Assembly: GCA_977017575.1 (NCBI GenBank)
Contig: CDRNVI010000099.1
Location: forward strand, 186,001 to 250,000
DNA from: Paramoeba atlantica
Lineage: Eukaryota; Protista; Discosea
Length of the DNA stretch: 64,000 bases
Direction: 5' to 3'
Part shown: positions 45,673-56,350 of the stretch, piece after piece
How positions within the stretch are numbered: position 1 is the stretch's first letter
Layout: every line of letters begins with the position of its first letter
Made by a program: the position numbers and the translations under genes
Notes under the pieces: model-generated
What the model saw: the letters and a program-made list of their open reading frames with translations, nothing else
Databases searched by the model: none
Told to the model about the DNA's origin: nothing

Positions 45673-46464
45673 CTATAAATCAAGATTAATTTTCGTATTC
45701 ATCCAGATTTCCTCTATGTGATCAACTGTTCCTATGGGGAGCTTCGAAGCCCTTACCGTTCCATGTAGATTACTATTATTTCTTAGTGACACGCGCTTCA
45801 TCCCAGAGGGCAAACTATGCATGCTCACCTTCCCTTCAAAAAGATTGTGATTTAGATAGAGCTCTTGTAGATTCGCAGGGAGACCGCCCAAACCAAGAGA
45901 CCCCGAAAACCGATTGTGCTCGAGACGCAGTACCTCTAGATTCGTAGGTAACTCTGATAGGCAAATGCAACCGTGGAAACGATTTCTACTTAGGTCTACG
46001 AGCTTTACACTCGGAGGAAGTGATAGGAGATCGACTTTACCGGTAAACACGTTACTCATAACGCGCCAAATTTCTATTCTAGGCAACGAAGGAAAACTCG
46101 AGAGTGGCATTTTACCGTAAATTTCGTTTCTTTCTATGTTAAACGTCTCCAAAGAAGTCGGAAGATATTCAAAATTTAGCTCGCCACGAAGTTGACGGAG
46201 CGACCAATCGATCTCAGTGACGGTCCCGGACTCATCGCAGTGCACAGCGTCCCAGTCGCATGCCCGTGTTTCAGTGGACCATGTGGCATGTGGGTTTGTT
46301 AAATTCTGTATTAGGCGATCAAGATTAACCTCTTCAGGAAGCATCAACCGACTCACCTTGCCTTTCCGAATGTGTGGTATGCCTGACGGTTCACTGCACA
46401 AGGATCCGTGCTGGGTTATGACTGGGTCGGTGTCCGCTGAGGTGATACGCACCAGGATTTGCAT
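45673..46464 (-). CDS. leucine-rich repeat protein (expanded family)
   Basis: GKV...LPEE leader, ACDWDAVHC cap, about 7 LRRs. Confidence 0.9.
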   Translation of the reverse strand: MQILVRITSADTDPVITQHGSLCSEPSGIPHIRKGKVSRLMLPEEVNLDRLIQNLTNPHATWSTETRACDWDAVHCDESGTVTEIDWSLRQLRGELNFEYLPTSLETFNIERNEIYGKMPLSSFPSLPRIEIWRVMSNVFTGKVDLLSLPPSVKLVDLSRNRFHGCICLSELPTNLEVLRLEHNRFSGSLGLGGLPANLQELYLNHNLFEGKVSMHSLPSGMKRVSLRNNSNLHGTVRASKLPIGTVDHIEEIWMNTKINLDL

Positions 46465-46966
46465 TAATGTAATTCAATATTATCATAATGCGTGGTAACG
46501 ATAATCAAGTTATGAACCCCATAAGGGGTAGTTGTCCCCCCGTTCCAGGTAAAATACATGAACTATGAAATACCATACACACATGTATGCCACATGCGTC
46601 AATACGATTTCTTCCCGTTTCAGTGTAGCCGATGCTTCGGTCCTTATCCCTTCATTCCTCGGCAACACAAACTTCACGTTCCGAACTTCACGTCTCCAAA
46701 GAAGACACAAGCAATCGTCCGGGAGTGCCTTGCGGCACATCCTTTTAATAGGGGCCAAGTACCGCTACGCGTAGTCTCGAAGGTTTTGCAATCACAAAAA
46801 TGGCCTGTGTTTGCGTTTAGAGTGGCAGAGTGACGCCATCAGATTTTTGCGTAAGTTTACGGAAAGGTTTCCCAGGCACCCGCATGCCGCGCTAGCGAAC
46901 AATATTTTTTTTATCATGCGCGTACACAGGTTTAAGCGCTGATACAACAAAAACATCTTACGCTTT

Positions 46967-48481
46967 CTATACCACCTTGATTCCCTCTTTCGTATTCGGC
47001 TCATTAGCACGCTTTACCAAAAAGTCGTACCACTCCTTGGGCGCCTCCTCCATAGGGTGAAACAGCGGCAGGAACACCTTCTCGTGCTTCCCGCAGTTTT
47101 TACAGTCATACACAAACTGTTTCACCCCATCCTCCGTTTTACTCGCAAGTCGCAGCACATCAGAAGTTACCGTTGTGGTGTGATACCGACACGACGGACA
47201 CAACAGACAGTTGGCGTAGTTGTGGTAGTCCCGAGACACCAACACACCCTTATGTGTACCACAGTTTGGACACTCCCACACACGATACCTCGCACACTCC
47301 GAGGCCATCTCCACACGCTGGCCGGAGGTTAACCCCTTCGCCGGATCCGACCCCACCCGCATAAACGTCCCACACTTCTCACACCGTAAATCGGCAATCT
47401 GAAACCCAAACCACACCGTTAGGGCGGAAAAAAACAACGTCGCCCAGAACGTGTGGGTACGCAGCGCCCCAAAATACACCATCTGCTGCGCCACCCGCAG
47501 CCTCTCCTTCTGCCGCAGCGTCACCCACCGTGGCTGCCACAGCCCGCGACACTCCGCGGCGTGTCGCCCCACCGCCTGCACCAGGTGCACCATCCCCAGA
47601 CTCGGGTCCCCCTCCCGCAGCCGCGGCTGCAACACCTCTCTCACCAACAGGGTCGCGAACGGGCCCCCGAAATACTCATCGAGAGCATAGGACGCCACGA
47701 GCTGCAGGCTCGCCTCATGGTGGGCCACGAGGCACAGCAGCCGCGGGGGGGCCTCCCCCCCCCTGCCCCACTCGTGGAACAGGCTCTGGGCGAACACCCG
47801 CGGGGGGACGTACCCCACCGTGGGGACGAGCACGAGGGTGAACTCGAGCCCGCAGAGGGAGCGGATCTGGTCCGCGAGGTGTTCCATCTCGACCCGGTGG
47901 GTAGGGTCGAGGAGGCCGACGGTGTCGAGGACACGGTGCCGGCGCGGGGGGGTGAGGAGGCGCCAGGGGGTGGGGGAGGCGCGGGAGGCGGCGGTCGCGG
48001 TGGCCTGGGCCCGGGAGAGCGCGTGGAGGATGTCGTGGTGGGGGGAGGCCGGGGGGGTGGGGGGGAGGTGGGGGTTTGGGGGGTGAACCGTGTTGTGGTG
48101 GGTGTTGGTGTTGTGGGGTAGAACGTTTTGTTGTCCCGTGTTTAGAAATTGGGGATTGGTATTCTTATTCTTGTTATTATTGTCGTTGGTGATGTTGTTG
48201 TTGGATGTAATTTTTAAATGTTCTGTATTTTTGTTACTCGCGTTGTTATCTCCCCCGTGGGAAGGGTTTTGGGGGCTGGGGTGGAGCCTTGACTCGAACT
48301 TGGAGTCGAGTAGGGAGGCTCCGGGAAGGAGGGGCTGGGTGGTGTGGAGAGCTCTGCGAGGCGTGTGCAAGAGGGAAGGGGGGGAGAGGGCGTGATGGGG
48401 CGACCAACACCGCGATGGTCGCGGGGGGTAGGGGCGTAGGGGGGAGCGCTTGGTCACAACAGGGAGAGTGATGTGGGACAT
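46967..48481 (-). CDS. TPM (TLP18.3/Psb32/MOLO-1)-domain protein with C-terminal CxxC zinc-ribbon clusters; possible mitochondrial presequence
   Basis: RVLDTVGLLD....E....QI...G.E..LVLVPTV....FAQSLF.EWG; a TM-like segment; CEKC, CPNC, CPSC, CKNC. Confidence 0.75.
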   Translation of the reverse strand: MSHITLPVVTKRSPLRPYPPRPSRCWSPHHALSPPSLLHTPRRALHTTQPLLPGASLLDSKFESRLHPSPQNPSHGGDNNASNKNTEHLKITSNNNITNDNNNKNKNTNPQFLNTGQQNVLPHNTNTHHNTVHPPNPHLPPTPPASPHHDILHALSRAQATATAASRASPTPWRLLTPPRRHRVLDTVGLLDPTHRVEMEHLADQIRSLCGLEFTLVLVPTVGYVPPRVFAQSLFHEWGRGGEAPPRLLCLVAHHEASLQLVASYALDEYFGGPFATLLVREVLQPRLREGDPSLGMVHLVQAVGRHAAECRGLWQPRWVTLRQKERLRVAQQMVYFGALRTHTFWATLFFSALTVWFGFQIADLRCEKCGTFMRVGSDPAKGLTSGQRVEMASECARYRVWECPNCGTHKGVLVSRDYHNYANCLLCPSCRYHTTTVTSDVLRLASKTEDGVKQFVYDCKNCGKHEKVFLPLFHPMEEAPKEWYDFLVKRANEPNTKEGIKVV

Positions 48482-48591
48482 GGAAGTAGGTGATGGTCAC
48501 AAGCAAAAATGAGGAGGAAGATAATTGGGGAGATGAGTAATATTTTAGGGTGTAATTGAACCCGTCTAAAGACTAAAAAAATAACAAAGTA

Positions 48592-48915
48592 CTGTACCCC
48601 CCCGTTTATAATAGCCTCGCTTTTGCCCAAATGAACCTATAAAGGGGGGAGGGCGATTAAAAGTTGGCACAGGAATCGCCCTACATTTGGGAGCGAGGAA
48701 CCATGAATTATTCAATGGCTAAGTGGGCCCCGGCGCTCTGCCAAAGTAAAATCTCCACCACGACCCCGCGCCATACCTCGAAGAATCATGTCAAAAAAAC
48801 TATCAAAATATTTAAGACGGTGCAAGAAAAATAAAAAAAATCTTCCTCGTTTTGCCAAAAAAAGAACCTATAAAGACGGGAGGGGTCGAGGCTATTGTAA
48901 ACAAGGGGGGTACAG
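48592..48915. mobile_element. TA-flanked MITE, followed by further MITE ends to ~49150
   Basis: TIR ctgtaccccccgtttataatagcctcg / cgaggctattgtaaacaaggggggtacag; TA both sides. Confidence 0.8.
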
Positions 48916-50000
48916 TAATTACTGTCCCACCCCCTACTTACTACAGAGTGCTCTGCCCCCTTATTTAATGTTGAATTTTAGACTTGGTTTTCTCACCCCA
49001 AAAGCATACCCCCCAGTAACAAAGATTTGGTCATTTTGGTTCAAAATCGATTCTATTACTGGGGAGTGTACGTTAGTATTTATTATACGTATTATTTGTA
49101 TTACTGTGCCCCCCCACTTATAGTGCCGCGGGGCACCCCCCCAATTATAGTGCCGTTTGAAAAAAAATGTCCTGAAAAAAATGACTAATTTTTTTTGACC
49201 AAAAAGTGCAGTAAGCATGGTGGAAATTTCTAATATTGAGTGGCTTCGTTAAACGCGGTGGTTGTTTTCAACTTAAAAGTCACTCGTGCTGCGCGCTTAG
49301 CGTTGAAAACTACCTCCGCGTTTAGCGAAGCCACTGAAATACGTTTTAGTAGTCGATTTATCAATCACGCATCAATCGCGGTCTCAAAGGAAGAAAGCGC
49401 CAGAGAAGCTTTAACAAAGAGCAAAAAGCAATTTTAAGGAAAGTGCACCTTAAATAGCTCCAAGAAATTATTGGTAAGCATGCAGTGACGAAGGTATTAG
49501 TCTTTTCCGTTATGGAAACATACGGAATACAGCTCGTCGTTTCGAAATTTGTTTACGAATTAATATTTCACAATTATTTATTTTACACCCCCGCCCAAAA
49601 GTATTGTTCACAAAAATGGCCGACACACAAAGTATTGTGTTTATTAGTATCGACCATTTTTTTCAGTTTTGGCCTGACTTTTAGTTGTTTTTTTCTAATT
49701 TTCAGGAAATCAGCATAATGAGTTCTGATATACGCGGCCACTTGATCATCATCTCGAGGGAAGCTGAGTGATTTCTCTCCTATTTTTATGTTTCACTATA
49801 CGTCTGCACAGATCCGATATGATAATGTCCAACTTTTTGGAGGCCAGTGGCAACTCGTGTAAATCGACAAAAAATTTTGTATTTATTAGTATCGACAAAA
49901 AAATTTTCTATCTTTTCTTCTAGCTTTTTGCCGCGGGGACAACGACTTCCTCGCGTGGGAAGCTGTAAAGCGCCATAGGGAGCATGTTCGGATGGTTATG

Positions 50001-50195
50001 TAATCCAGGCTAAAGTGGACGAGGGAGATACTAAAGGCACCTTTGGAAAACCACCTCGAAACTGCAACGGTATCTCCCGGTTTGTAGAGCATTCTGATGT
50101 GACAAAAGGGTCTTTAACGGTGATACCGTTCCAGTTTCGAGGTGGTTTTCCAAAGGTGCCTTTAGTATCTCCCTCGTCCACTTTAGCCTGGATTA
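50001..50195. repeat. long palindrome (74-bp arms, 1 mismatch, 47-bp spacer); probable TA-flanked foldback MITE
   Basis: 50001-50074 is the reverse complement of 50122-50195. Confidence 0.92.
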
Positions 50196-50897
50196 AAAAA
50201 AAATATTAACAATTTTGCTACTATGGAGAGAGAGCAGATAAAATCGCTTTCTAAAAAGCACAACGTTTCGGAGCAATGTGTTTATCAAGTAAAAGAAGGG
50301 CCTGAGGAAAGAAGAGCCTCTACGTTCAAGGCACTACTCCTCCCCCCCCCTAGTAAATACCTGTAAAGATGCCCATTACGCCCGAGCTTGGGTCTTCTTT
50401 ACTTCGAGCTTGTTTATTAAAAAGTCTCACTCAAAAAATATTGTACCCGCGCTTCAGCGACGTCTCTTATTTGGTGCGTTTGGAAACGTATGCAAGATGG
50501 AACTACCCACCTCTCCCTCCTTTCCCAAGAGAGTGTTTACATGCTTGCATTACACTTACTGTGACCCCCCCCCCCTTTAATATGGCACACGTTTTTGGGG
50601 TTTGTGCATATTAAGAGGGTTGAAACCTATGAGAGGCAAAACCTGGAAAAACCCATATATTGCTCATTGACATGGCGAAAAAAAATACTTTGTTAAAAAT
50701 AGTGAACAACATACTTGGTATCCATCGTGCGCTGCAAAACATTTTTTGCGCCACAAAAAATGAACATTTTGAACAAAGTATTTTTGGAAATAAACCCTCA
50801 GAAAGGGTAGCCAAGGTCATGGCGCACATTTTCCACCCCCGTACTCGGGGACGGGTCCCCCTGGTATCAACAGCCTATCAATGTCAATGGTCGCCTA

Positions 50898-51360
50898 TCA
50901 ATGCATGGTCATCCAGAGATAATTCGTCAGGGTGAGTGGAAGGTATCTCCAACCAAAGGAGCCGCGAATGCCGCCGTAAATTTCCATGGCGCTTCCCCAG
51001 TGTATTTTCGTCACGTCACCCGCTAGATTGCATGACACACCTTTCCAAGCACACGCTGTGACATTGGTACGCCACGTAGGGTGCAGGCCTTCCATATTTT
51101 CTACCAAACGCGCTAAGTCGTATTCCTGCGGGATTACGGCACCCCGAATTCTGTGAGGAGCTCGTGCAGTGGGATCGGATGACAACGTATGTAGTAAAAG
51201 GAGGCTGCTCTCGCGACGATGAGCTACGTGATCCGCGAGGGTGAGCAGCATCATGCAAGTAGTTCTGTATTCAAGTTGGTGTACGGTAATGTACAGTAAC
51301 GGGATAAGTCTTTGATACAACGTTGTCGAAACCAACTTTATTTGACGTAAATATAAAAAT
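50898..51360 (-). pseudogene. LRR-family gene fragment with degenerate 3' part
   Basis: Leader and cap intact (ACAWKGVSC, GSFGWRYLP), then frame lost. Confidence 0.78.
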
Positions 51361-51682
51361 ATATATAAAAAAAATGACGTACCGTTTGCCAGTGGTTTCC
51401 CGGTGGTGGTATATGGGTAGATAGAAAAAAAGTAGAATAGGTGATTGAAGCAATGTACAGTTAGCGAATGAATTTGTCGTGAAGTGCTTATAAAAAGCGA
51501 AAGAAAAGTAGTCTTCTGTCATTCTACAGCGTTAGTAGTCGTTCTACAGCGTGGACTCATAACTTAGTTTTCTATGTACAATATATCGCAATAAATTCTT
51601 ACAGGCGTATTTCGAATGATAAACAGGGGTGTAGAAATGGCAGTTCTCTGACTGAAGAATCGTGAATCGTATAAATTGTTTG

Positions 51683-52405
51683 TTATACCGTATATCGTAT
51701 TTTTGTTTTCGAAATGAAGACTCCATCCCGGACACGGGGTGGAAGATCAGCTTTGCTGAATTCTCCGAACAGTTCTTCGTTGTCTGACAAATAGAGAATC
51801 CTTAGCATTGGGGGCAAATGACTGAGGTCAACGAACCCTGTAAATTTATTGTTATCTAGCCACACATATTCGATTTCCAACGGGAGTTGACGCAAATCAA
51901 GCTCACCAGAAAAATGGTTGTCGCTAATATAAAGTTTCTGAAGTTTTTTTGGCAAATTCGTGAGACAAACCTTACCGGTAAACATGTTTTCATCTAAAGA
52001 TAACCGTATTAAAGGCTCTGGAAGTGCAGAGAAGTTTACACAACCTTCGAAATTATTATTGTCCATTCTTAAAAAGACAAGTCTCGGTGGTAAATCACTT
52101 ACTGATACCTGGCCACAAAGCTTGTTCCCAGAGACGATAAATTTCTCAAGGGATTCCGGGAGATATCTTAACTGCAATGGTCCAGTCAAGGAAGCGTCAG
52201 ACCAATCAATTTGTTGAATTTCACTGTGCGCGTTGCAGTGCACGCCATACCACGTACAGGCCGGTTTTTCAGTGCTCCAATCTGCACGGGATCCTTCTAC
52301 GCGTTCAATCAATCTAGCAAGATGAAACTCTTGTGGAAGATTCGCAAAGCTTACTTTCGAAGTGTGCGATATTGCTCGGGTATCAGAAGCATGAAAGCAA
52401 TGCAT
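51683..52405 (-). CDS. leucine-rich repeat protein (expanded family)
   Basis: SKV..ANLPQE leader, ACTWYGVHC cap, about 6 LRRs. Confidence 0.9.
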   Translation of the reverse strand: MHCFHASDTRAISHTSKVSFANLPQEFHLARLIERVEGSRADWSTEKPACTWYGVHCNAHSEIQQIDWSDASLTGPLQLRYLPESLEKFIVSGNKLCGQVSVSDLPPRLVFLRMDNNNFEGCVNFSALPEPLIRLSLDENMFTGKVCLTNLPKKLQKLYISDNHFSGELDLRQLPLEIEYVWLDNNKFTGFVDLSHLPPMLRILYLSDNEELFGEFSKADLPPRVRDGVFISKTKIRYTV

Positions 52406-52818
52406 GCCTATAACCAGTATGGCAAAAGAAAGGAATAACTAAATTTAGACTACTCCCCGGGTCAAAAATAAAGGAAAATGAAAATCCAGAAAAGGAAAAT
52501 TCATTTTTCAGTTTAATTTTCATTTTTCATTTTCCTTTATTTTGATCAGGGTGGAGAAAATATGAAGTATGGCGCTGAAGTTGTGGAGTGGAGTCATAAA
52601 AACGTAATATATTGGGAAATTTCAAGATGATGTCGGTGTAAAGGGGAGAAAATCTGACAATGTACTACGTAGGAGTGAGCAGATAAAATAAGATAAAAGC
52701 TTTTGGTATAAATGTTTTTTCGCCCAAGTCATTGGAATCACTCCTTATCGTTTTATAAATGTTGGTAGTTTATGTGTTTCATAGTTTTTGCTCGACTCAT
52801 TCGATTTTATGCCGTAGG

Positions 52819-52945
52819 TATGTCGTCCACTGATTGACATACACTGACAAAGTATGTAGCATAGAATGATTGTATGCCGTATCTATGTCGTCCACTGATT
52901 GACATACATTGACAATGTGTGTAGCATACAATGATTGTATGCTGA
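52819..52945. repeat. two tandem ~65-bp units
   Basis: tatgtcgtccactgattgacataca.tgacaa...gtagcata.aatgattgtatgc x2. Confidence 0.8.
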
Positions 52946-53179
52946 AACGTACTTTTCCAACTGGACTGGATTCCAACGTTCTTTGCGTCTCTCTGCTTCA
53001 GGGGCCGATATTTCTTTATCCCCAGCGATGGTATAGTGTTATTGCTTGGCGTCCACTTTCACATCGGTGCCCTTTTCGGAGGCGCCATAATGCGAGTTAA
53101 AGTAAGAAATTTTGCAGAATGTGTACTTAAGTGACCGATAAACAAGGTGAAAGGACAAAAAAAGGAAAAAGAAAAATTT

Positions 53180-54260
53180 CTTTTTTTTTTCTTTCCCTCA
53201 CTTCCCCCCATTTTGAAAACGAGCAAAATATATAACTAGTAAATACATGCTTTCCCATCTTACCCACTTCCCCATACCAATCTTTCCAGCTTTCCAGGGA
53301 GGGTAAGGTCTCCCTCTGCTAGGAGGGGCAGACTTTCCCCTAACCGTTCGCGCGCTCCGGACCGGGTCTTTCGACCTCTCCCGAGCCTGCATTGGGAACC
53401 CTTCCCTTGTTATACGGGAGGGCGCAGGTTTTTTTTAACCGTTTGATATGTTAACCCCCCTAGGCCCACCGGAAGCCTACCCCCCCCCTGGTCCTACCCC
53501 CTAACCCCGCGGCGGTACCAGTCCTGTACCGCCGCCTGCACAATCTGGGCATTCCCTCTCTGGATGGCCACCCCGATGGCCATTAAGAGATGGGCGAGAC
53601 ACCCATTCTTGTCCGATGAGTGGGCCCGGGCCACCTTGTTGAGGAAGGTGAAGGTTTCTGGGCCCGGGATCCCGTACGTGGAGAAGGCCAGAGGGTGGAA
53701 TTCCATGCCCCTCACCAGCGCCATCTCCTCATGAGAGCGCCTTTTGTTGGCCTCAGCCATCCTCAACGTGTGGGATGGCTCCGCGGCCTCCTTCTCCACG
53801 ACGGGGCCAGTGGGTTCACAACTGTGACGTCAACCAGGACGATCTTCCGTCCCAGCCGGAAACAGATGTCTGGCCCCCGTCCATTGTCGAACCTCGGCTC
53901 GTGGAGGTCCGGGTTGAACCCATAATGGACCAAGAGGCTCCGAAACGTCTCTTTGACTTCCTTATGGCGGGAGGCCTGAGTTTTCCCCTTCACCTTCTTG
54001 CAGTCCAGAGCGTGTACGTAAAACTCATCATTGCTGAGGGTTGCACCGCACACGCACTGGAGCTCAGGCTCCGAGGTCGGGGCGACCAGGTACCGGAGGC
54101 GGGCCGCAGTCTCCCACTCGCGCGACCCCCGCTAAATAGGGGGGGGAAGGTGGTAGTTGTGGGGTACGGAGGCCTCTCACAACTCCGGGGCTCACCGGGA
54201 GCAAAGGTGAGCTTCCATAGCACCTCGCACCAACTTTTCGAAAAAGTTGAAATCCGTGCC
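53180..54260 (-). mobile_element. 5'-truncated CRE/SLACS-clade retrotransposon (CCHC plus RLE, 3' UTR, A-tail)
   Basis: AARLRYLV..CVCG...HALDC...RHKEV...GPDI...VDVTVVNP, then FHPLAFSTYG..G...FL...IGVAIQRGNA; minus-strand A-tract at ~53180-53193. Confidence 0.85.
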
Positions 54261-54726
54261 TAAAATTTTATGCATGTGGATGTGCTGTTATGCATGTGAA
54301 TGTGCTATATGCATTTGAATGCGCCGCTTAGTATGCATTATAAACGTGCCGTTAATATGCATTATAAATGTGCTAACGCCATTGCCCTCCATCACATCAG
54401 GGGAAACAGACAACTTCTTCATGACGCGACCCACCGCAAGAAAAGGCTCACAAATATGGGGGGTCATGATTGATATTCATGTATCAACCATGCTCCTAGA
54501 CTTAATACCCAAGGGGTTTCGTCCATTTGGGACAGAATCGCTCCACTACGTGAGGATCTGCACATATTGACATAACATAACGTTGTACGAGAATGAGGGC
54601 TCACGAAGGGCTTCTTTTTCTTTCAGTTATTCGTGGTTCAAAACTTCAACATGTAAATGGTTTTGCAGTACATGCAGCAACTTTAAACTGGTGTGTTTTC
54701 ATTACAGAAGGTAAATAAGTAGGCAA

Positions 54727-54800
54727 ATAAAGATACAGTTTCTGTACCTTGCTGGTACATTTTCGCTAGTTCATCTTTTCTTTTCCCGGAAACGGGCATA
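54727..54800 (+). ncRNA. truncated spliced-leader-headed element, copy C
   Basis: ataaagatacagtttctgtaccttgctg|gtacattttcgctagttcatcttttcttttcccggaaacgggcata; homology stops in the first hairpin arm. Confidence 0.7.
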
Positions 54801-55097
54801 CTCTTTTTGTGAGTATCGGTCAACGTCTCGTCATGGCACACTCCCATAGCTGCTGTAATAGTTTTTATGATAATAATTATTAATAAAAATAATAATTATG
54901 CGATATAAAATTATTAAGAATTATTATAGCTTCTTCTCAGGGTGAAAGTGGCGCCGCGAAGCGGCGCTGAATTTTTTATAACGCACGTGATGGTGAGTAT
55001 CTTTATCGTTTACTACCCATGCAACAAGTAGTAGATCTATAATAATTATTAATAATTCTTAATAATAGCCTAGTATTACAGACTTCAAATATTAATA

Positions 55098-56241
55098 CTG
55101 TCCCCCCTATTTACTATTGAGTGCTCAACCCCCCCTATTTAGTGTTGAATTTTGGGTTCGGTGCGTATAGGCGCCGCGAAGCGGCGCTTAATTTTTTTTT
55201 CTTATCTCTGCTTGTTATTTGTGATTGGTTACTCTCCATCTCATTGATTTTAATAAATATAATTTATAACAAAAATGAAAATTTATATTCATATTTATGT
55301 TTATAAAAATCAATTAGAAAGCTTCCCAAGGATACTGATTTTTGCATCGACTTTACATCGGTTAAGAAGTTTCAGTTCAGTTCCGGTAAGTAAACATAGA
55401 GTAAGTAATGAAAATGTGTCGAGAGAAGCGCTCTTCCTAACAACAAATTTATCTAAAAAATTAACTACTGGTGGTAAATAAATTTACGAAGGCTTTTACA
55501 AAACAAAGGGGTGATCAGCACTTTCAGGGGAAATTATGTCCTCTTCATTTTCATCAAGAACCGGTATTACTGTAAACAGTTCGCTCGCACGGCGAATCGA
55601 AATTCGCTTCAAGGATACTTTCTGGCTTATTTAGACTTTCCGGTGAAATTCCGACCTTACCCCACGCTTGAACATTGGCATGCCTCTGCCGATTATCGTT
55701 GAGGTGGGCGTACGTTTTGATAATACTGTCAATAAGCTGTGCTTTGCTTATTTTTACTCCGATGGACCGAGTGTCACCGATTCGCTTTCCCTCATTGTAT
55801 TGAGTCTGGCAGTATTTCAGTAAGGCCAAGGTTCGATAGTATATATAATAGTTTTAGCTTCAAACGGTTAAATAAACCCACATCGCAAGGCTGAAGTCTT
55901 CATGTGCACTTTGCTGGAATGTACACAATTCGCAACCATGAAAAGGTGTCTTCGTTGCGCGTGATAAGTGCAGAGCGTGTGGTATGTACAGAGCAGCAAT
56001 CCAAGATAAGCAATCCAAAATAAAATACGTCTCCCCACAGGACTTTTATACAAATGCCCCACAGCGTTCATAAAGACGTATCCCCAACCGAGTGAAAAAA
56101 TACTACAATCATGGTTTTAAAAACAATAGGCCGCGAAGCCTATTCTCTCCTCCCCTTTTTTGAGGGGAGGAGATTGCTTACCCCCCCTATTTAGTGTTGA
56201 ATTTTTCCGAATTTCACTCAACACTAAATAGAGGGCGACAG
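55098..56241 (-). mobile_element. internally deleted pogo/Tigger-family DNA transposon
   Basis: TIR ctgtcccccctatttactattgagtg / cactcaacactaaatagagggcgacag; TA both sides; manual translation YIPAKCT*RLQPCDVGLFNRLK (DDE_1 motif). Confidence 0.82.
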
Positions 56242-56350
56242 TAATTCTGCAGCTATGCACACTCCGTGGCTCGGGGGACAAACATTGGCCTGGGGGGCAA
56301 ACAGTACATGAAAATTAAACTCATTACATCTGTGCTCCGATATATTGCCA

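Noticed and set aside
46510-46758. Tyrosine recombinase motif (GIRTEASATLKREEI)
   Set aside because: Single short motif only; no downstream H..R/Y catalytic motifs or element context.
43435-54260. The two CRE fragments as halves of one interrupted element
   Set aside because: On the minus strand the 3' (RLE) piece lies upstream of the 5' (RT) piece, so the order is wrong.
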